NCBI GenBank assembly: GCA_041484665.1
Contig: JBGPIA010000004.1
Location: forward strand, 1 to 64,000
Length of the DNA: 64,000 bases
Reading direction: 5' to 3'
Origin: Candidatus Krumholzibacteriia bacterium
GTDB lineage: Bacteria; Krumholzibacteriota; Krumholzibacteriia; JAJRXK01
Below, piece after piece: positions 28,489 through 41,002 of the stretch; position 1 is the stretch's first letter, and each line of letters opens with the position of its first letter. The translations under genes were made by a program, and so were the position numbers. The notes under the pieces are model-generated. The model saw only the letters and a program-made list of their open reading frames with translations. It ran no database searches and was not told the DNA's origin.

Positions 28489-29994
28489 TCAGTGCTTGTC
28501 GACGGGCTTGGGCGGCGCGATCTCCTGGACCTCGGGGGTCTCGCCGTCGAAGGTGATGCGGATCGGGCGGTCCTTGTAGACCGTCTCGACGGCCACCGGC
28601 CGCTGCCACAGACCGTGCAGGCTGCGCAGGGTGTCCTGGGCGTAGGCGATGTCCAGCGGAATCCCCTCGAAGCCGTGGCGCAAGAGTAGCCCCCCACGCT
28701 GCAGGTAGTCTTCGTCGACGATCGTGATGAGCGGGTGGCTGGCGTTGGTGAGCTGCGTCAGCAGCTGCTGCTTGATCTTGCGGAACTCGCGGCTGGCCAC
28801 CACGTATTGGTCCTTGTCCAGGTCGAACTGGTAGACGAACAGCTTGTGCTCCTGGCAGAACTCCTCGGTGAGGAACGTGTCGATAAACGTCACGTCGTTG
28901 TAGATGCGCCGCACTTCGAAGATCTTCTCTCGGCCCAGCCCTAGACGGCGGTCCCACGCCGCGCGCTCGCGGAAGTCGGAGCACCGGTCGTACTCCGGCC
29001 CGAACTTCCCCTTGTTCCAGCGCTCCTCGATGTCCTTGAACAGGTAGTACCCGAGCTTGTAGGGATTGGTGCTCCCGCTGCCACCCAAGGTCCCACTGTG
29101 GTGATCGGCGTAGTCGATCACCTCGGCGTCGTTGAGCACCTTCTGGGTCATGAGCGTCGAGTGCCAGTAGACCGCCCAGCCTTCGTTCATGATCTTGGTC
29201 TGCCACTGCGGGGCGAAGTAATAGGCCTCGTCGCGGACCATTCCCAGCACGTCGCGCTGCCAGCGCTTGAGCGGGGCGCGCTCCATGAGGAACAGCAGGA
29301 TGTCGCGTTCGGTGGAGAACTCCGGCCGGACCTTCTCCTGGCGCTTCTCCGCGTACTCCTTGCGGCGCCGCTGCACCACCTGGTCGGGATTGATGAACTC
29401 CTCCATGTAGGGCTTGGCCTTGAAGCGGAAGGAGGGCTCGTCCTCGACCTGCTCCTGCTCGAGCTCGCCCTGCTCCTGCCGCCGGCGTGTGATGAACTGG
29501 CTGTGGACGTCGATCAAGTGCTCCAGCGACAAGCACTGGTCCAGGAATGCCTCCACCTCCTCGAGACCGTGGCGGTTGATGTAGGTGCGGATGCGGGAGG
29601 CGTGGTTGGCCATCTCGTTGATCATCTGGCGGTTGGTCTTGCTGAACCAGATGTTGTTCTTGAAGAAATCACAATGGCCGTAGACGTGGCACATCACCAA
29701 TTTCTGATCGACGAGGTTGTTCTCCTTCATGAGGTAGGCGTAACAGGGGTCGTTGTTGATCACCATCTCGTAGATCTTCTGCAGCCCGTACGCGTAGCTC
29801 TTGCTGAGCTGGTCGAACTGCATCCCGTGCGACCAGTGCGAATAGCGCACGGGGAAGCCCCCGTAGCTCGCCACCTCGTTGAGCTGGCGGTAGTCCAGGA
29901 CCTCGAAGCGCGTCTCGAAGAAGTCGAGGCCGTACGCGCGGGCGTGCCCCTCGATGGTGCGCTTCCAGTAGAGCAGATCCTCGCTGGGCTCCAT
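28489..29994 (-). CDS. spoVR: SpoVR family protein
   Basis: GGFPVRYSHW, KIYEMVINNDPCYAYL, HVYGHCDFFKNN and TKIMNEGWA motifs. Confidence 0.93.
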   Translation of the reverse strand: MEPSEDLLYWKRTIEGHARAYGLDFFETRFEVLDYRQLNEVASYGGFPVRYSHWSHGMQFDQLSKSYAYGLQKIYEMVINNDPCYAYLMKENNLVDQKLVMCHVYGHCDFFKNNIWFSKTNRQMINEMANHASRIRTYINRHGLEEVEAFLDQCLSLEHLIDVHSQFITRRRQEQGELEQEQVEDEPSFRFKAKPYMEEFINPDQVVQRRRKEYAEKRQEKVRPEFSTERDILLFLMERAPLKRWQRDVLGMVRDEAYYFAPQWQTKIMNEGWAVYWHSTLMTQKVLNDAEVIDYADHHSGTLGGSGSTNPYKLGYYLFKDIEERWNKGKFGPEYDRCSDFRERAAWDRRLGLGREKIFEVRRIYNDVTFIDTFLTEEFCQEHKLFVYQFDLDKDQYVVASREFRKIKQQLLTQLTNASHPLITIVDEDYLQRGGLLLRHGFEGIPLDIAYAQDTLRSLHGLWQRPVAVETVYKDRPIRITFDGETPEVQEIAPPKPVDKH

Positions 29995-30002
29995 GGGATC
30001 CC

Positions 30003-31112
30003 CTACTTGCCCTTGCCCAGGAAGGCCTTGATCGACGCCGGGATGTCCTCCTTGCTGTCGATCTGGCTGGTGATGATGCGGTCGAGGTTCTTGAAGGTCT
30101 CGTCCAGGTCGCGCTTGAACTGTCCCGAGCCGTACGTCGACGTCACCTGCCCGTAGCAGAAGAGGTTCACCCGGGGCCGGATCTCCTGCGCCACCAGCTT
30201 CAGGCAGAGTTCGGTGTCCCCCCCGCCCCAGTTGTCGCCGTCGGAGAAGTGGAACGGGTAGATGTTCCATTGGTCGGGAGGATAGTGGTCCTGGATCAGC
30301 TCCACGCAGAGCTGGTAGGCGCTGCTGATCTTGGTGCCGCCGCTTTCGCGGGTGTGGAAGAAGGTGTGGCGGTCGACCTCGTGGGCCACTGCGTCGTGGA
30401 TCACGTAGCGCGTCTCCAGGCGCTTGTACTGACTGCGCAGCCAGGTGTCGATCCAGAAGGCCTCGATGCGCACGATCTCCTTCTGCTCCTCCCCCATGGA
30501 GCCCGACACGTCCATCATGTAGATCAGCACGGCGTTGCTGGCCGGCTCCTCGGACGCCGTCCAGCTCTTGTAGCGCAGATCGCGCCGCGTGGGGATGATG
30601 AGCGGGTTGGCGTAGTCGTAGGTGCCGCTGGAGATCTGGCGCTTGAGCGCCTCGCGGTAGCTGCGCCTGAAATGGCGCAGGCTGTCCGGGCCCACCAGGC
30701 TGATGCTGCGGTAGCGGTCCCGCGTGCCCTCGATCTGGTCCTTGCCCTTGGGCTGGATGTTCGGCAGCTCCAGCTCCTCGCCCAACAGCTCCGCCAGCTC
30801 GTCGAGGCTCACCTCCACGTCGAGGATGTGCTGCCCGGGAGCCTCACCAGCCGGACCCGCGCCCTCCCCCTGTTGCGCGCCGGGAACGGGCTGCCCCTCC
30901 TCGCCCTCACCGAAGCCCACGCCACCCTGGTCGTGCTTGCCGTAGCGGAAGTGCGGGATGTCGATGCGGGGCACCGGGATGGACACCAGGTCCTTGCCCT
31001 GCTTGCCGATGAGCTCGCCGTGGGAGATGTACCGGCGCAGGTTCTCCCTGATCCGGCCGCGGACGATCTCGCGGAAGCGGCTCAAATCGCGGTCGATGCG
31101 GCTGATCTTCAT
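30003..31112 (-). CDS. yeaH: YeaH/YhbH (DUF444) family protein
   Basis: [26 protein letters not shown] and [14 protein letters not shown] motifs. Confidence 0.92.
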   Translation of the reverse strand: MKISRIDRDLSRFREIVRGRIRENLRRYISHGELIGKQGKDLVSIPVPRIDIPHFRYGKHDQGGVGFGEGEEGQPVPGAQQGEGAGPAGEAPGQHILDVEVSLDELAELLGEELELPNIQPKGKDQIEGTRDRYRSISLVGPDSLRHFRRSYREALKRQISSGTYDYANPLIIPTRRDLRYKSWTASEEPASNAVLIYMMDVSGSMGEEQKEIVRIEAFWIDTWLRSQYKRLETRYVIHDAVAHEVDRHTFFHTRESGGTKISSAYQLCVELIQDHYPPDQWNIYPFHFSDGDNWGGGDTELCLKLVAQEIRPRVNLFCYGQVTSTYGSGQFKRDLDETFKNLDRIITSQIDSKEDIPASIKAFLGKGK

Positions 31113-31138
31113 GGCGCAGACTGGCCCGCGCGGCCGGG

Positions 31139-33199
<2,061 letters not shown>

Positions 33200-33222
33200 A
33201 GCTGCCCTCCATCGTGTCGAAC

Positions 33223-33276
33223 GCTTGAAGGCAAGTGTCCCACCGTCAGGCTTGAAGGCAAGAGTGCCGCCGTCCA
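33223..33276. repeat. Imperfect 27-bp tandem duplication in the prkA leader
   Basis: GCTTGAAGGCAAGTGTCCCACCGTCAG / GCTTGAAGGCAAGAGTGCCGCCGTCCA (22/27 identical). Confidence 0.85.
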
Positions 33277-33280
33277 GACG

Positions 33281-33296
33281 TGCAAGCCCCATACCA
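33281..33296 (-). promoter_or_regulatory. sigma54 -24/-12 promoter of prkA-yeaH-spoVR
   Basis: TGGTATGGGGCTTGCA on the minus strand, about 80 nt before the start. Confidence 0.65.
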
Positions 33297-33504
33297 GGCA
33301 GCGGCGTGCCCGCTCGCTGCCCCGCCAAGCCGCAGGGGGCGCGAGAAGAAGGTAATCGGGGCGCGGATGCGGGGCCAAGCGGGCAGCCGGTGGGGCGTCA
33401 CGGCGGACGTATGCCCGCCGGCACGCAGTGGGAGGACCCGTCCCGCCGCGCCGCCGGCGCGGCGGCACGAAGCCGGCCAGAATCCTGTCACGCAACGCTG
33501 GAGA

Positions 33505-34305
33505 TCAGTGCCCGAGCTCGATGCGCACGGCCTGCGAGTCGTCGGCGGCCACGGCCCAGAGCCCGCCGCGGTCCCACGCCAGCGAGACGAACCGGCCGGG
33601 GAAATCGAACGCGTCCGCTGCGACCACACCGTCAGGCTCGGCGTTGAAACCCTTCAGGCGATAGAGTCTTCCGGTGCTCGCGTCGGCGCACCAGAAGCGC
33701 GAGCCGTCGTGGGTGAGGCCGGTGGGATAGAAGCCGGGCGCGGGGAGCTTGCGGGAGACCTTTCCCTCCTGCATGTCCAGCCGGTAGAGCTTGCGGGAGT
33801 CGGCGTCGGCCTGCCACAGGTAGCCGCCGGCCACGGTCAGGCCTGCGGGATGGTAGCCAGGGCTGGGGAGCGTCACGACGACGGTGCCGAGGTCGGTGGC
33901 GATGCGGAACAAACCGGCGTGATCACCCAACAAGCTGCCGCCGCTCCAGAGGAATGCCCCGTCGTAGGCCAACCCCGTTTCGTAGCCGTCCGCCTCCGTG
34001 GACAGCGTGTCGACCGCGCCGGTGGCCAGTTCCAGCGAGAGGATCCGGCTCTGGAAGTGGGTCTCCGGCGCCGCGAGCCCACGGTTGCCGGTGGCCAGCA
34101 GCCAGAGCGTGCCGCCCGACACCGCGATGCCCCGCACGCCGTCGCAGGGCAGGTGAACGACGCTGGCGCGGCTGGCCTTGATCTCGGACAGGCTGTTGAG
34201 CGCTGCGGCGGCACCGCCTGCGCACCACCCGATGACCGCCAGGCTCGCGCTCGCGTGGCGCGCGGCCCGGCGCAGACGCCGCAGGCATGCCGGCGGTCGG
34301 CGCAT
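33505..34305 (-). CDS. Exported beta-propeller protein
   Basis: Repeats GLAYDGAFLW, GLTVAGGYLW, GLTHDGSRFW and LAWDRGGLW; start approximate. Confidence 0.7.
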   Translation of the reverse strand: MRRPPACLRRLRRAARHASASLAVIGWCAGGAAAALNSLSEIKASRASVVHLPCDGVRGIAVSGGTLWLLATGNRGLAAPETHFQSRILSLELATGAVDTLSTEADGYETGLAYDGAFLWSGGSLLGDHAGLFRIATDLGTVVVTLPSPGYHPAGLTVAGGYLWQADADSRKLYRLDMQEGKVSRKLPAPGFYPTGLTHDGSRFWCADASTGRLYRLKGFNAEPDGVVAADAFDFPGRFVSLAWDRGGLWAVAADDSQAVRIELGH

Positions 34306-34306
34306 C

Positions 34307-35521
34307 CTAGGCGCGCGCGCGCAGACCCGGCGCGGGGGATTGCGGACCGCGGTCGAGGCGACGGGCGCGCTGCTGCTGCAGCGCGAACGCCGAGTCGAGC
34401 AGGGCGACGAATCGGTCGTACCCGATGGGCTTGCCGGCCTGCAGATCGACGACGCGGCGCGCGGGAGCGGCCAGCGCCTCGTCTTGCCAGCCGGTGAGCA
34501 GCACGATCGCGACGGAGGGGTCCCGCTCGCGGATCCGCGCGGCGGCCCACAGCCCCGTCTCATCGGGCAGCCCCAGATCGAGCACCACCACGTGATGGAC
34601 GGCAGGATCGAACGCCGCCACGCCTGCGCGTGCCTCGTGGGCGAGCGTAGCCGGCAGGCCCTCCAGCGCGCACATCTCGCCCAGGACATTCGCCACGTCG
34701 ATCTCGTCATCGACGATCAGGACCCCCAGGCCTTCCCCGCGCGGCGCCGCGGCGCGCCGCACGGGCATCGCCGCGCGCGCCCGCGCCGGCTCGTCGGCCG
34801 TCCGCAGCAGGATGCGCACGCGCGTGCCCGCGCCCGGCTGGCTCTCGACGGTGAGCTCCCCGCCCTGGCGCCTCACCATGGCGAGGGCGTTGGACAGGCC
34901 CAGGCCCGATCCGACGCCTCCCTTGGTCGTGAATTCGGGCTCGAGGCAGCGCGCCAACGTCGGCGCGTCCATCCCGCAGCCGTTGTCTAGCACCTCGAAC
35001 ACCACCCAGGCGTCCCGGCGGCTGGCCACCAGGTCGATGCGTCCCCACTCGCGCAGCGCGTCCAGTGCGTTGCTGATCAGGTTGTTGAGCACGTGTCGCA
35101 GGTCGTCGGCTCGTCCCCAGACCCAGAGCGGCCCGTCCAGGTGTGGGAGGATCTCCACGTGTCGGCCATCGGCCTTCATCCGCCCCACCTTGGCGGCCCA
35201 CAGCTCCACGGTCTCGCACACGACCAGGGCCAGATCGAGGGGCTCGCGCGGGGAGCCTTCGGCGGGTCCGGTGGCGCGCATCTGGTCCAGCACCCTCTGG
35301 CTCAGCGAAGCGCACGCGCCGGCCGCCTTCTGGATCAGCTCGGCACGATGGCGCAGCGAGGGGTCGGCCGCCTCGCGCAACAGCGACTCCGTCTGCCAGA
35401 GGATGATCTGCAGCATCTGCGCGTAGTCGTGGACCAGGCCGTGGGAGAGCTCGCCGAGGAGGCGCAGGCGGACGTCGCGCGGCTGGAGCCCGCCAGGCAG
35501 GTTGGGGTCGATCACGCGCAC
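34307..35521 (-). CDS. Hybrid histidine kinase/receiver without a sensor domain
   Basis: VHDY H-box, NLISNALDA, DNGCGM, FTTK, GSGLGL; receiver IVDDE, LDLGLP, KP. Confidence 0.88.
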   Translation of the reverse strand: MRVIDPNLPGGLQPRDVRLRLLGELSHGLVHDYAQMLQIILWQTESLLREAADPSLRHRAELIQKAAGACASLSQRVLDQMRATGPAEGSPREPLDLALVVCETVELWAAKVGRMKADGRHVEILPHLDGPLWVWGRADDLRHVLNNLISNALDALREWGRIDLVASRRDAWVVFEVLDNGCGMDAPTLARCLEPEFTTKGGVGSGLGLSNALAMVRRQGGELTVESQPGAGTRVRILLRTADEPARARAAMPVRRAAAPRGEGLGVLIVDDEIDVANVLGEMCALEGLPATLAHEARAGVAAFDPAVHHVVVLDLGLPDETGLWAAARIRERDPSVAIVLLTGWQDEALAAPARRVVDLQAGKPIGYDRFVALLDSAFALQQQRARRLDRGPQSPAPGLRARA

Positions 35522-35731
35522 ATCCCGCAGCCAGCGAAGAAAACGCCGGACCCACTAGCGTGGGTCCGGCGATTCCGGGCACTCATCCTTGCCTTCGCGA
35601 TCGTACGGACGAGGTAGCGATGAGTCAGATCTTGCGGGCCGAGCGGCGGAAGCCCCTCGTATTCCTGACACACTTCCGACCGCCCGGTCCCAGCAAGACG
35701 GCTTGTCTGCCTATCCGAGCTGATCAACCTC

Positions 35732-35746
35732 GCATTGAGCGTGCCA
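35732..35746 (-). promoter_or_regulatory. sigma54 -24/-12 promoter of the hybrid kinase
   Basis: TGGCACGCTCAATGC on the minus strand. Confidence 0.6.
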
Positions 35747-35851
35747 GTTGCACAGGATCGCGTGCACGCGGGACACATTCGCCCAACCCATTCAAGTATA
35801 ACAGGTTATGCGCAACATGCGATCGAGGGCTCTTCGGGCATTTCCGGCCTA

Positions 35852-35890
35852 CAGTAAGAAAAATTTACGTTTCGTAAAATCTCTTTACTG
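35852..35890. promoter_or_regulatory. Paired GTAA-N7-TTAC palindromes, putative enhancer (UAS)
   Basis: GTAAGAAAAATTTAC (35854-35868) and GTAAAATCTCTTTAC (35874-35888), 20-bp period, in an AT-rich island. Confidence 0.6.
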
Positions 35891-35906
35891 AGTAGGTGCG
35901 CAGCGC

Positions 35907-36275
35907 CTACATCTCACCGTGGCCGGTCTCATCCGGAGGGGTATGGTGGATCGGAGACTCGAACTCCGTGGGCCCGCTGATCTCGCCGCTCACGACGAGG
36001 ACATCCGGTGCGCCTTTCCACACGATCCTGGTGCGCACGGAAGACTCGTTCGGCCGCGCCAGGTCCAGCACGCCGTGGAGCACGCCAGACTCCACCGTGA
36101 CCGTCAGCGCGAGCTCGTCCGTGGACTGGATGATCAGAGTGCCGTCGCCAATCGGCACCTCCGTCGTGCCCGCCCCCAGGAAGATCCGCTGGGAAATGGC
36201 CGCGTGGAGGACGGCGGCGGTGAAGACCAACAGGACGGCCGCAAGCCACGCAGTCCAGTGCTTTCGGGTGGCCAT
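35907..36275 (-). CDS. Small secreted hypothetical protein
   Basis: AGGAGG RBS, signal peptide ending VLHA. Confidence 0.65.
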   Translation of the reverse strand: MATRKHWTAWLAAVLLVFTAAVLHAAISQRIFLGAGTTEVPIGDGTLIIQSTDELALTVTVESGVLHGVLDLARPNESSVRTRIVWKGAPDVLVVSGEISGPTEFESPIHHTPPDETGHGEM

Positions 36276-36456
36276 CGACCCTGCCTCCTGAACGGGGTGT
36301 ATCCCGTGGGACGCCCACGGCACGGCAGCGGCGGTGGCCGCCCCCAGCCGCAGGCTACGCGTATCAGTATAGCGCGAAATCGCCCTCTAGGGAAAGCCCG
36401 GCGTGGCGCCCCCAAAGCGGAGCCGGTAGGGGGCCGGCGGTCTCGCGCAGCGCTGA

Positions 36457-39400
36457 TCAGCCGGGCCCGGCCCGGCGGGCCCGCACCGCGCCCGGGGGCG
36501 CCTCGTCGTCCGCCTCAGGGTCGGCGTGCTCGAGCGGGCGGCTTCCGAACAGCGCGTAGAAGCGCCGCAGACGATTGTAGAGCGTGGGCTTGGTGATGCC
36601 CAAGAGCCGTGCGGCGCGCGCCTTGTTGCGCACAGCGAGCACGACCTCGTGCGCCATGAGGATCTCGAGCTGCGGCATGAGGGGCCGCTCCTCGGAGTAG
36701 TCCTCCGCATCCACCATCGCGCGCACCGCATCCGACACGCTCTGGCGTGTCGGCGCGCCGCTGGTCCCCAGCACCGTGGCGGGCAAGTCCTCCACGCGGA
36801 TGACATCCCTCCCGGCGAACACCATGGCGTTCTTCACCACGTTCTCCAGCTCGCGTACGTTGCCGGGCCAGCGGTACTCCATCAAGCGCGCGATGGCCTC
36901 CTCACTCATGGTGCGCTCGGGGCTGCGAAACTCCTCGGCATACCGCCTCAAGAAATGCTCCACGAGCGGCTTGATGTCCTGCGGACGATCGCGCAGCGGT
37001 GGGATCTGAATGGAGATCACGTTCAGCCGATAGAACAGGTCCATGCGGAAGCGTCCCGCCTCAACTTCCCCTTCCAGATCGCGGTTGGTGGCCGCGATCA
37101 CGCGGGCGTTGGTGCGGACGGTGCGCACGCCGCCCACGCGCGTGAAGCTCTTCTCCTGCAGCACGCGCAACAGCTTCGCCTGCATCGCCATGGGCATCTC
37201 GGCGATCTCGTCCAGGAAGATCGTCCCGCCGTCGGCCCGCTCGAACATCCCGACGTGGCGGTCGATGGCGTCGGTGAACGCCCCTTTCTCGTGCCCGAAC
37301 AGCTCGCTCTCGAGCAAGTTGGCCGGGATCGAGGCGCAGTTCACGGCGACGAACTCGCCCTTGCGGCGCGCGCTCGCTTCGTGGATCGCGCGGGCCACCA
37401 GGTCCTTGCCCGTGCCGTTCTCGCCCAACAGCAGGAGCGTGATGTCGTTGTCCTTCACCAGGTCGACCATGCGCAGCACGGCGTCGGTGGCCGTGCTCGT
37501 GCCGATGATGCCGTAGCGCGCCCCGGGTGAGGGAGCGGCCTGCGTGGCGGTGGCGTGACCGGAGAGCGGTGCGGACAGCCCGGTGGCCAGGCTCACCGCG
37601 CCCGCGACGGCCTGCAGGAAGACGAGCTCACCCTCCTCGAGTGGGCGGTCGCGCAGCAGGGCCAGCCACCCCGGATCGGACCCCCGCGTGCGCACGGCCG
37701 TCCACGGACCCTGCTGCAGGACGTCGGCGGCGCGCTCGGCTTCCGCGCGCGCCAGCGCCGTCGCCAGATCCCCCGGCGGCGGGCTGGTGCGGATCTCGCC
37801 TCGCACCAGGCCGAGCGTGCGCGCGGCGCGGACCCAGCGCACCTCCTCGCAGCCCAGACCAGCGGCGAGCGCGCGCAGCGCGCCTTCGAAGCGCCGCGCC
37901 TCGAGGTCTCCGCCGGCTCCCAGCAGGTCGGCCAGCGCCGTGAGCTGCTGCTCGGCACCCACGCGCGCCAGGCCGGGCGCCGGGATCTGTTCGCCGATGC
38001 GCTGCTCCAGATCGCCCAGCGCGGCGGGGAAGCGGTAGACCTCGTGGCGCGCCATGAGGTCGCGCGCCTCGATCAGGCTGGCACGGGCTTCGGCCTGCCG
38101 GCCAGCGGCGAGCTCGAGCGTCCCGCGCCGCGCCAGCGACTCCAGCTGCAGGTCGAAGCGCCGCAGCGCCGCGAGCGTGCGCGCAGCCGATCGCAACAGC
38201 TCGACCGCCCGCTCGCTCTGTCCGGCACCACCCAGCAGCTCCGCTTCCAGGGTCTCGAGCATGGCGCTCTCGAAGCGCGACGGCACCTGCTCCAGGACCT
38301 CCTTCGCCTCGGCCAGGCGCGAGGCAGCCTCCTTGTGCTCGCCCAATCGGAGCAGCAATGCGACGAACCGGCGCAAGGTCGCCAGGCGCTCGGTCTCGTG
38401 GTTGGTCGCGCGGCAGATCTCGAGGTCGCGGATGAGCAGGTCGCGCGCCTCGTCCAGGCGCCCCTCACCCATCGCCGCCTCGCCCAGCAGCCCGTGGGCT
38501 TCCGCCTCCATCTGGCGGTGGCGCAGGCGCCGCGCCAGGTGGAGGCACTCCAGGCCGCAACGGTTAGCCTGCCCGAAATTGCTCTGGTCGATGGCGAGGT
38601 AGCCCAGGTTGAGCTGCGTGGCGGCCACGCCGAGGGTGTCGCCCAGCTTGGTCTTGAGCTCGAGGCTGCGCTTGAGACAGCGCTCCGCCTCCTCCAGGCG
38701 GCCCAGCCCGCGGTAGGCCAGCGAGAGGTTGTTGTAGCTGCGCGCCACCTCCTGCACCAGGCCGGCCTGCTCGCGCAGCACGAGGCCGCGCTGCAGGTTG
38801 ATCAGGCTCTGCGAGTAGTTGCTCTCCTCGTACTGGATCAGTCCCAGCGCGTTGTAGGCTCGTGCCACCTCCAGCGGATAGCGCTTGTCGTCGAGGATCT
38901 TGAGCGTCAGCTCGCAGTAGCTGGCCGCATCGCGCGTGCGGCCGAGCTTCAGCAGCGCCGACGCCAGATCGAGGTAGATGTGCCCGCGGTGGATCACCGG
39001 GAGCTGGTCTTCGTAACGCTCCAGCCCTTCGGCCAGCAGCCGGTGCGCGTCCCGGTAATTCGCGCGGTGCTGGGCCAAGAACGCGATCTTCAGCAACAGT
39101 TCGGCGGCCAGCGGCGCCAGGCGGCCTTGGGCCAACTCCGTGGACGACTCCACCGCCGCGAGCGCCTCGGAGAAGATGCGGTCGGCGCGGTCGAGGTCGC
39201 CGTGCAGGCGATGCTGCTCGCCCATGCTCTTGGCCGCCTGGCAGCGATCCTCCAACTTGGGACGCGCCACGTCGGCCGCCTGCAGCAGCCGCTCGTAGGC
39301 CGCGTATTCCAGCAGTGGCGCGTCCTCCTGGCGCGCGCGCGCGGCCAGCTTGCGCACGAGCGAGGGCGCCCGCAGCGGCGCGCGCAGCAGCGCGGCCTGC

Positions 39401-40863
39401 AGCCGCAGCCAGTCGCCGCCCAGGCCGGTGCGGGCGCTGAGCAACTCGAGCGTCCCGCCCAGCAAGGCGGAGATCTCCGCCGCGCGCTCCGGCGGCACCT
39501 CGACCGGTGCCCCTGGCGCGAGCGCCAGGATCAGCTGCGGGTGGGCGGGCGCCTCGTCCGCGCGCGCGTACAGCACGGTCGCGCGACGGGCGCGCCAGAG
39601 GTCGTCGGCGATGGCGGCCACGCTCTCTTCAGTCAGCGCGAACGTGCTGCGCAAGAGCGTCTCGCTCAGGGGGCGGCCGCAGACGGCCAAGGCCTCGAGC
39701 ACGCGCAGCGCGGCCCCCGCTGTGGCCGACGGCTGCTGTGGAGCGCGCGCGGCCGCGTGCCGGCGCTGCGGCGGCGCTGCGTCCTCGGGAAGCGTCACCT
39801 CGTGCAGCCGTTCGCTCCCGCGGTGCCGCAGCGACGCCAGGTAGAGATCCGCCGCGCCGTCCAGGGGCGAGGCGCTGGGCGCCACCACGACGATCTCGCG
39901 CCCGTCGAGCCAGCCGGCGGCCGCCAGCCGCGCCAGCCCCTCGGCGAACCCGGCGTAGCGCTCCAGCTGATCGAGCACCACGACGCGGCCCACGGGCTCC
40001 TCGGAGGGCGAGCTCAGGGTGTGGGTTGGGGGGCCCACGTGCGGGCGCAACGTCACGTACGACCGCTTCTGCTCCCGCGCCCAGGCGCGCACGCTGTCCA
40101 GGGCCCCGCGCACCGCCGCGCGTCCCCCCCGCAGCAGCAGCGCGCCGCCTTCTTGCTGCAGATGCGCCAGCGCTTGGCGGACGGGCCCGGGCAACGCATC
40201 GTCCGCAGCACCGCCGACGCGCGCCAACGTCAGTGCTTGCAGCACGCACTCCAGGTCCACCAGATCGCTTGCCGACAGCCGGGCGCCCGCCGCGCGCCGG
40301 TAGCGGCCGCAAGCCTCCGCGAGCTCCGCGAACAGCGCGCCGACCTCGGCGGCCCCGGCGACCGGGTCGTCGTGTTGGTCTGCAGCCGGATCCAAGCCGC
40401 GCAGGATCGGCGGGAGCGCGTACGAATCGGGCAAGAAATAGGGCCCCTGGTCATCGCGCCACATCGCCGAGATGTGCAACGCGCCGCCCGGGCAGCGGGC
40501 CCGCGCCAGCGCGCCCAGCCCGTCCATCAGGCACTCGATCTCGGCCAGCGCGGCGGCCGCGGGCAGCGACAGCAGGCGCGGCTCCCACGGCTCGCCGGCT
40601 GCCTCGGGCAGGAACAGATAGAGGCTCCCCTCGCCGCGCAGCACGACGCGCGGCGGGAACGGCCGGAACAGAGGTTGCGCGGCGAACGCCGCGAGCCGGA
40701 AACGGACCGCGACCTCGCTCTGGTCGGCGCCGGGGGTGCCGATCTGCAGCAGCGTACCCGGCGCGTCGGTCGCGACGTCGCGCGCCGAGTACAGGCAGGG
40801 CTCCTCCCCCGCGCCAAGGGGGTGGAGCCGCTGGAAGCGGTGGGCGATCACACTTTCGATCAA
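36457..40863 (-). CDS. sigma54-dependent enhancer-binding protein with TPR array and degenerate kinase/NTPase N-terminus
   Basis: [36 protein letters not shown] and Fis-[16 protein letters not shown]; TPRs ARAYNALG and ARSYNNLS. Confidence 0.9.
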   Translation of the reverse strand: MIESVIAHRFQRLHPLGAGEEPCLYSARDVATDAPGTLLQIGTPGADQSEVAVRFRLAAFAAQPLFRPFPPRVVLRGEGSLYLFLPEAAGEPWEPRLLSLPAAAALAEIECLMDGLGALARARCPGGALHISAMWRDDQGPYFLPDSYALPPILRGLDPAADQHDDPVAGAAEVGALFAELAEACGRYRRAAGARLSASDLVDLECVLQALTLARVGGAADDALPGPVRQALAHLQQEGGALLLRGGRAAVRGALDSVRAWAREQKRSYVTLRPHVGPPTHTLSSPSEEPVGRVVVLDQLERYAGFAEGLARLAAAGWLDGREIVVVAPSASPLDGAADLYLASLRHRGSERLHEVTLPEDAAPPQRRHAAARAPQQPSATAGAALRVLEALAVCGRPLSETLLRSTFALTEESVAAIADDLWRARRATVLYARADEAPAHPQLILALAPGAPVEVPPERAAEISALLGGTLELLSARTGLGGDWLRLQAALLRAPLRAPSLVRKLAARARQEDAPLLEYAAYERLLQAADVARPKLEDRCQAAKSMGEQHRLHGDLDRADRIFSEALAAVESSTELAQGRLAPLAAELLLKIAFLAQHRANYRDAHRLLAEGLERYEDQLPVIHRGHIYLDLASALLKLGRTRDAASYCELTLKILDDKRYPLEVARAYNALGLIQYEESNYSQSLINLQRGLVLREQAGLVQEVARSYNNLSLAYRGLGRLEEAERCLKRSLELKTKLGDTLGVAATQLNLGYLAIDQSNFGQANRCGLECLHLARRLRHRQMEAEAHGLLGEAAMGEGRLDEARDLLIRDLEICRATNHETERLATLRRFVALLLRLGEHKEAASRLAEAKEVLEQVPSRFESAMLETLEAELLGGAGQSERAVELLRSAARTLAALRRFDLQLESLARRGTLELAAGRQAEARASLIEARDLMARHEVYRFPAALGDLEQRIGEQIPAPGLARVGAEQQLTALADLLGAGGDLEARRFEGALRALAAGLGCEEVRWVRAARTLGLVRGEIRTSPPPGDLATALARAEAERAADVLQQGPWTAVRTRGSDPGWLALLRDRPLEEGELVFLQAVAGAVSLATGLSAPLSGHATATQAAPSPGARYGIIGTSTATDAVLRMVDLVKDNDITLLLLGENGTGKDLVARAIHEASARRKGEFVAVNCASIPANLLESELFGHEKGAFTDAIDRHVGMFERADGGTIFLDEIAEMPMAMQAKLLRVLQEKSFTRVGGVRTVRTNARVIAATNRDLEGEVEAGRFRMDLFYRLNVISIQIPPLRDRPQDIKPLVEHFLRRYAEEFRSPERTMSEEAIARLMEYRWPGNVRELENVVKNAMVFAGRDVIRVEDLPATVLGTSGAPTRQSVSDAVRAMVDAEDYSEERPLMPQLEILMAHEVVLAVRNKARAARLLGITKPTLYNRLRRFYALFGSRPLEHADPEADDEAPPGAVRARRAGPG

Positions 40864-41002
40864 GGCGCGGCTCCAAGGCGATGCCGCGGGCCGGGCCGCG
40901 CAGGATCGCGGGGTCCGCGGCGTCTTCGCCGCTCATGATGGTAGTCGAGCGGGATGCGCAGCGACAAGCGCCCCGGACGGGGCCAGCACGCCGGGGGCTG
41001 GC

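Noticed and set aside
33223..33276. Possible mini-CRISPR array
   Set aside because: Only two abutting imperfect units, no spacers and no cas genes
33505..34710. 401-aa ORF suggesting a kinase-propeller frameshift fusion
   Set aside because: The kinase receiver is complete in its own frame; the extension is out-of-frame overlap and the propeller has its own ATG and signal-like region
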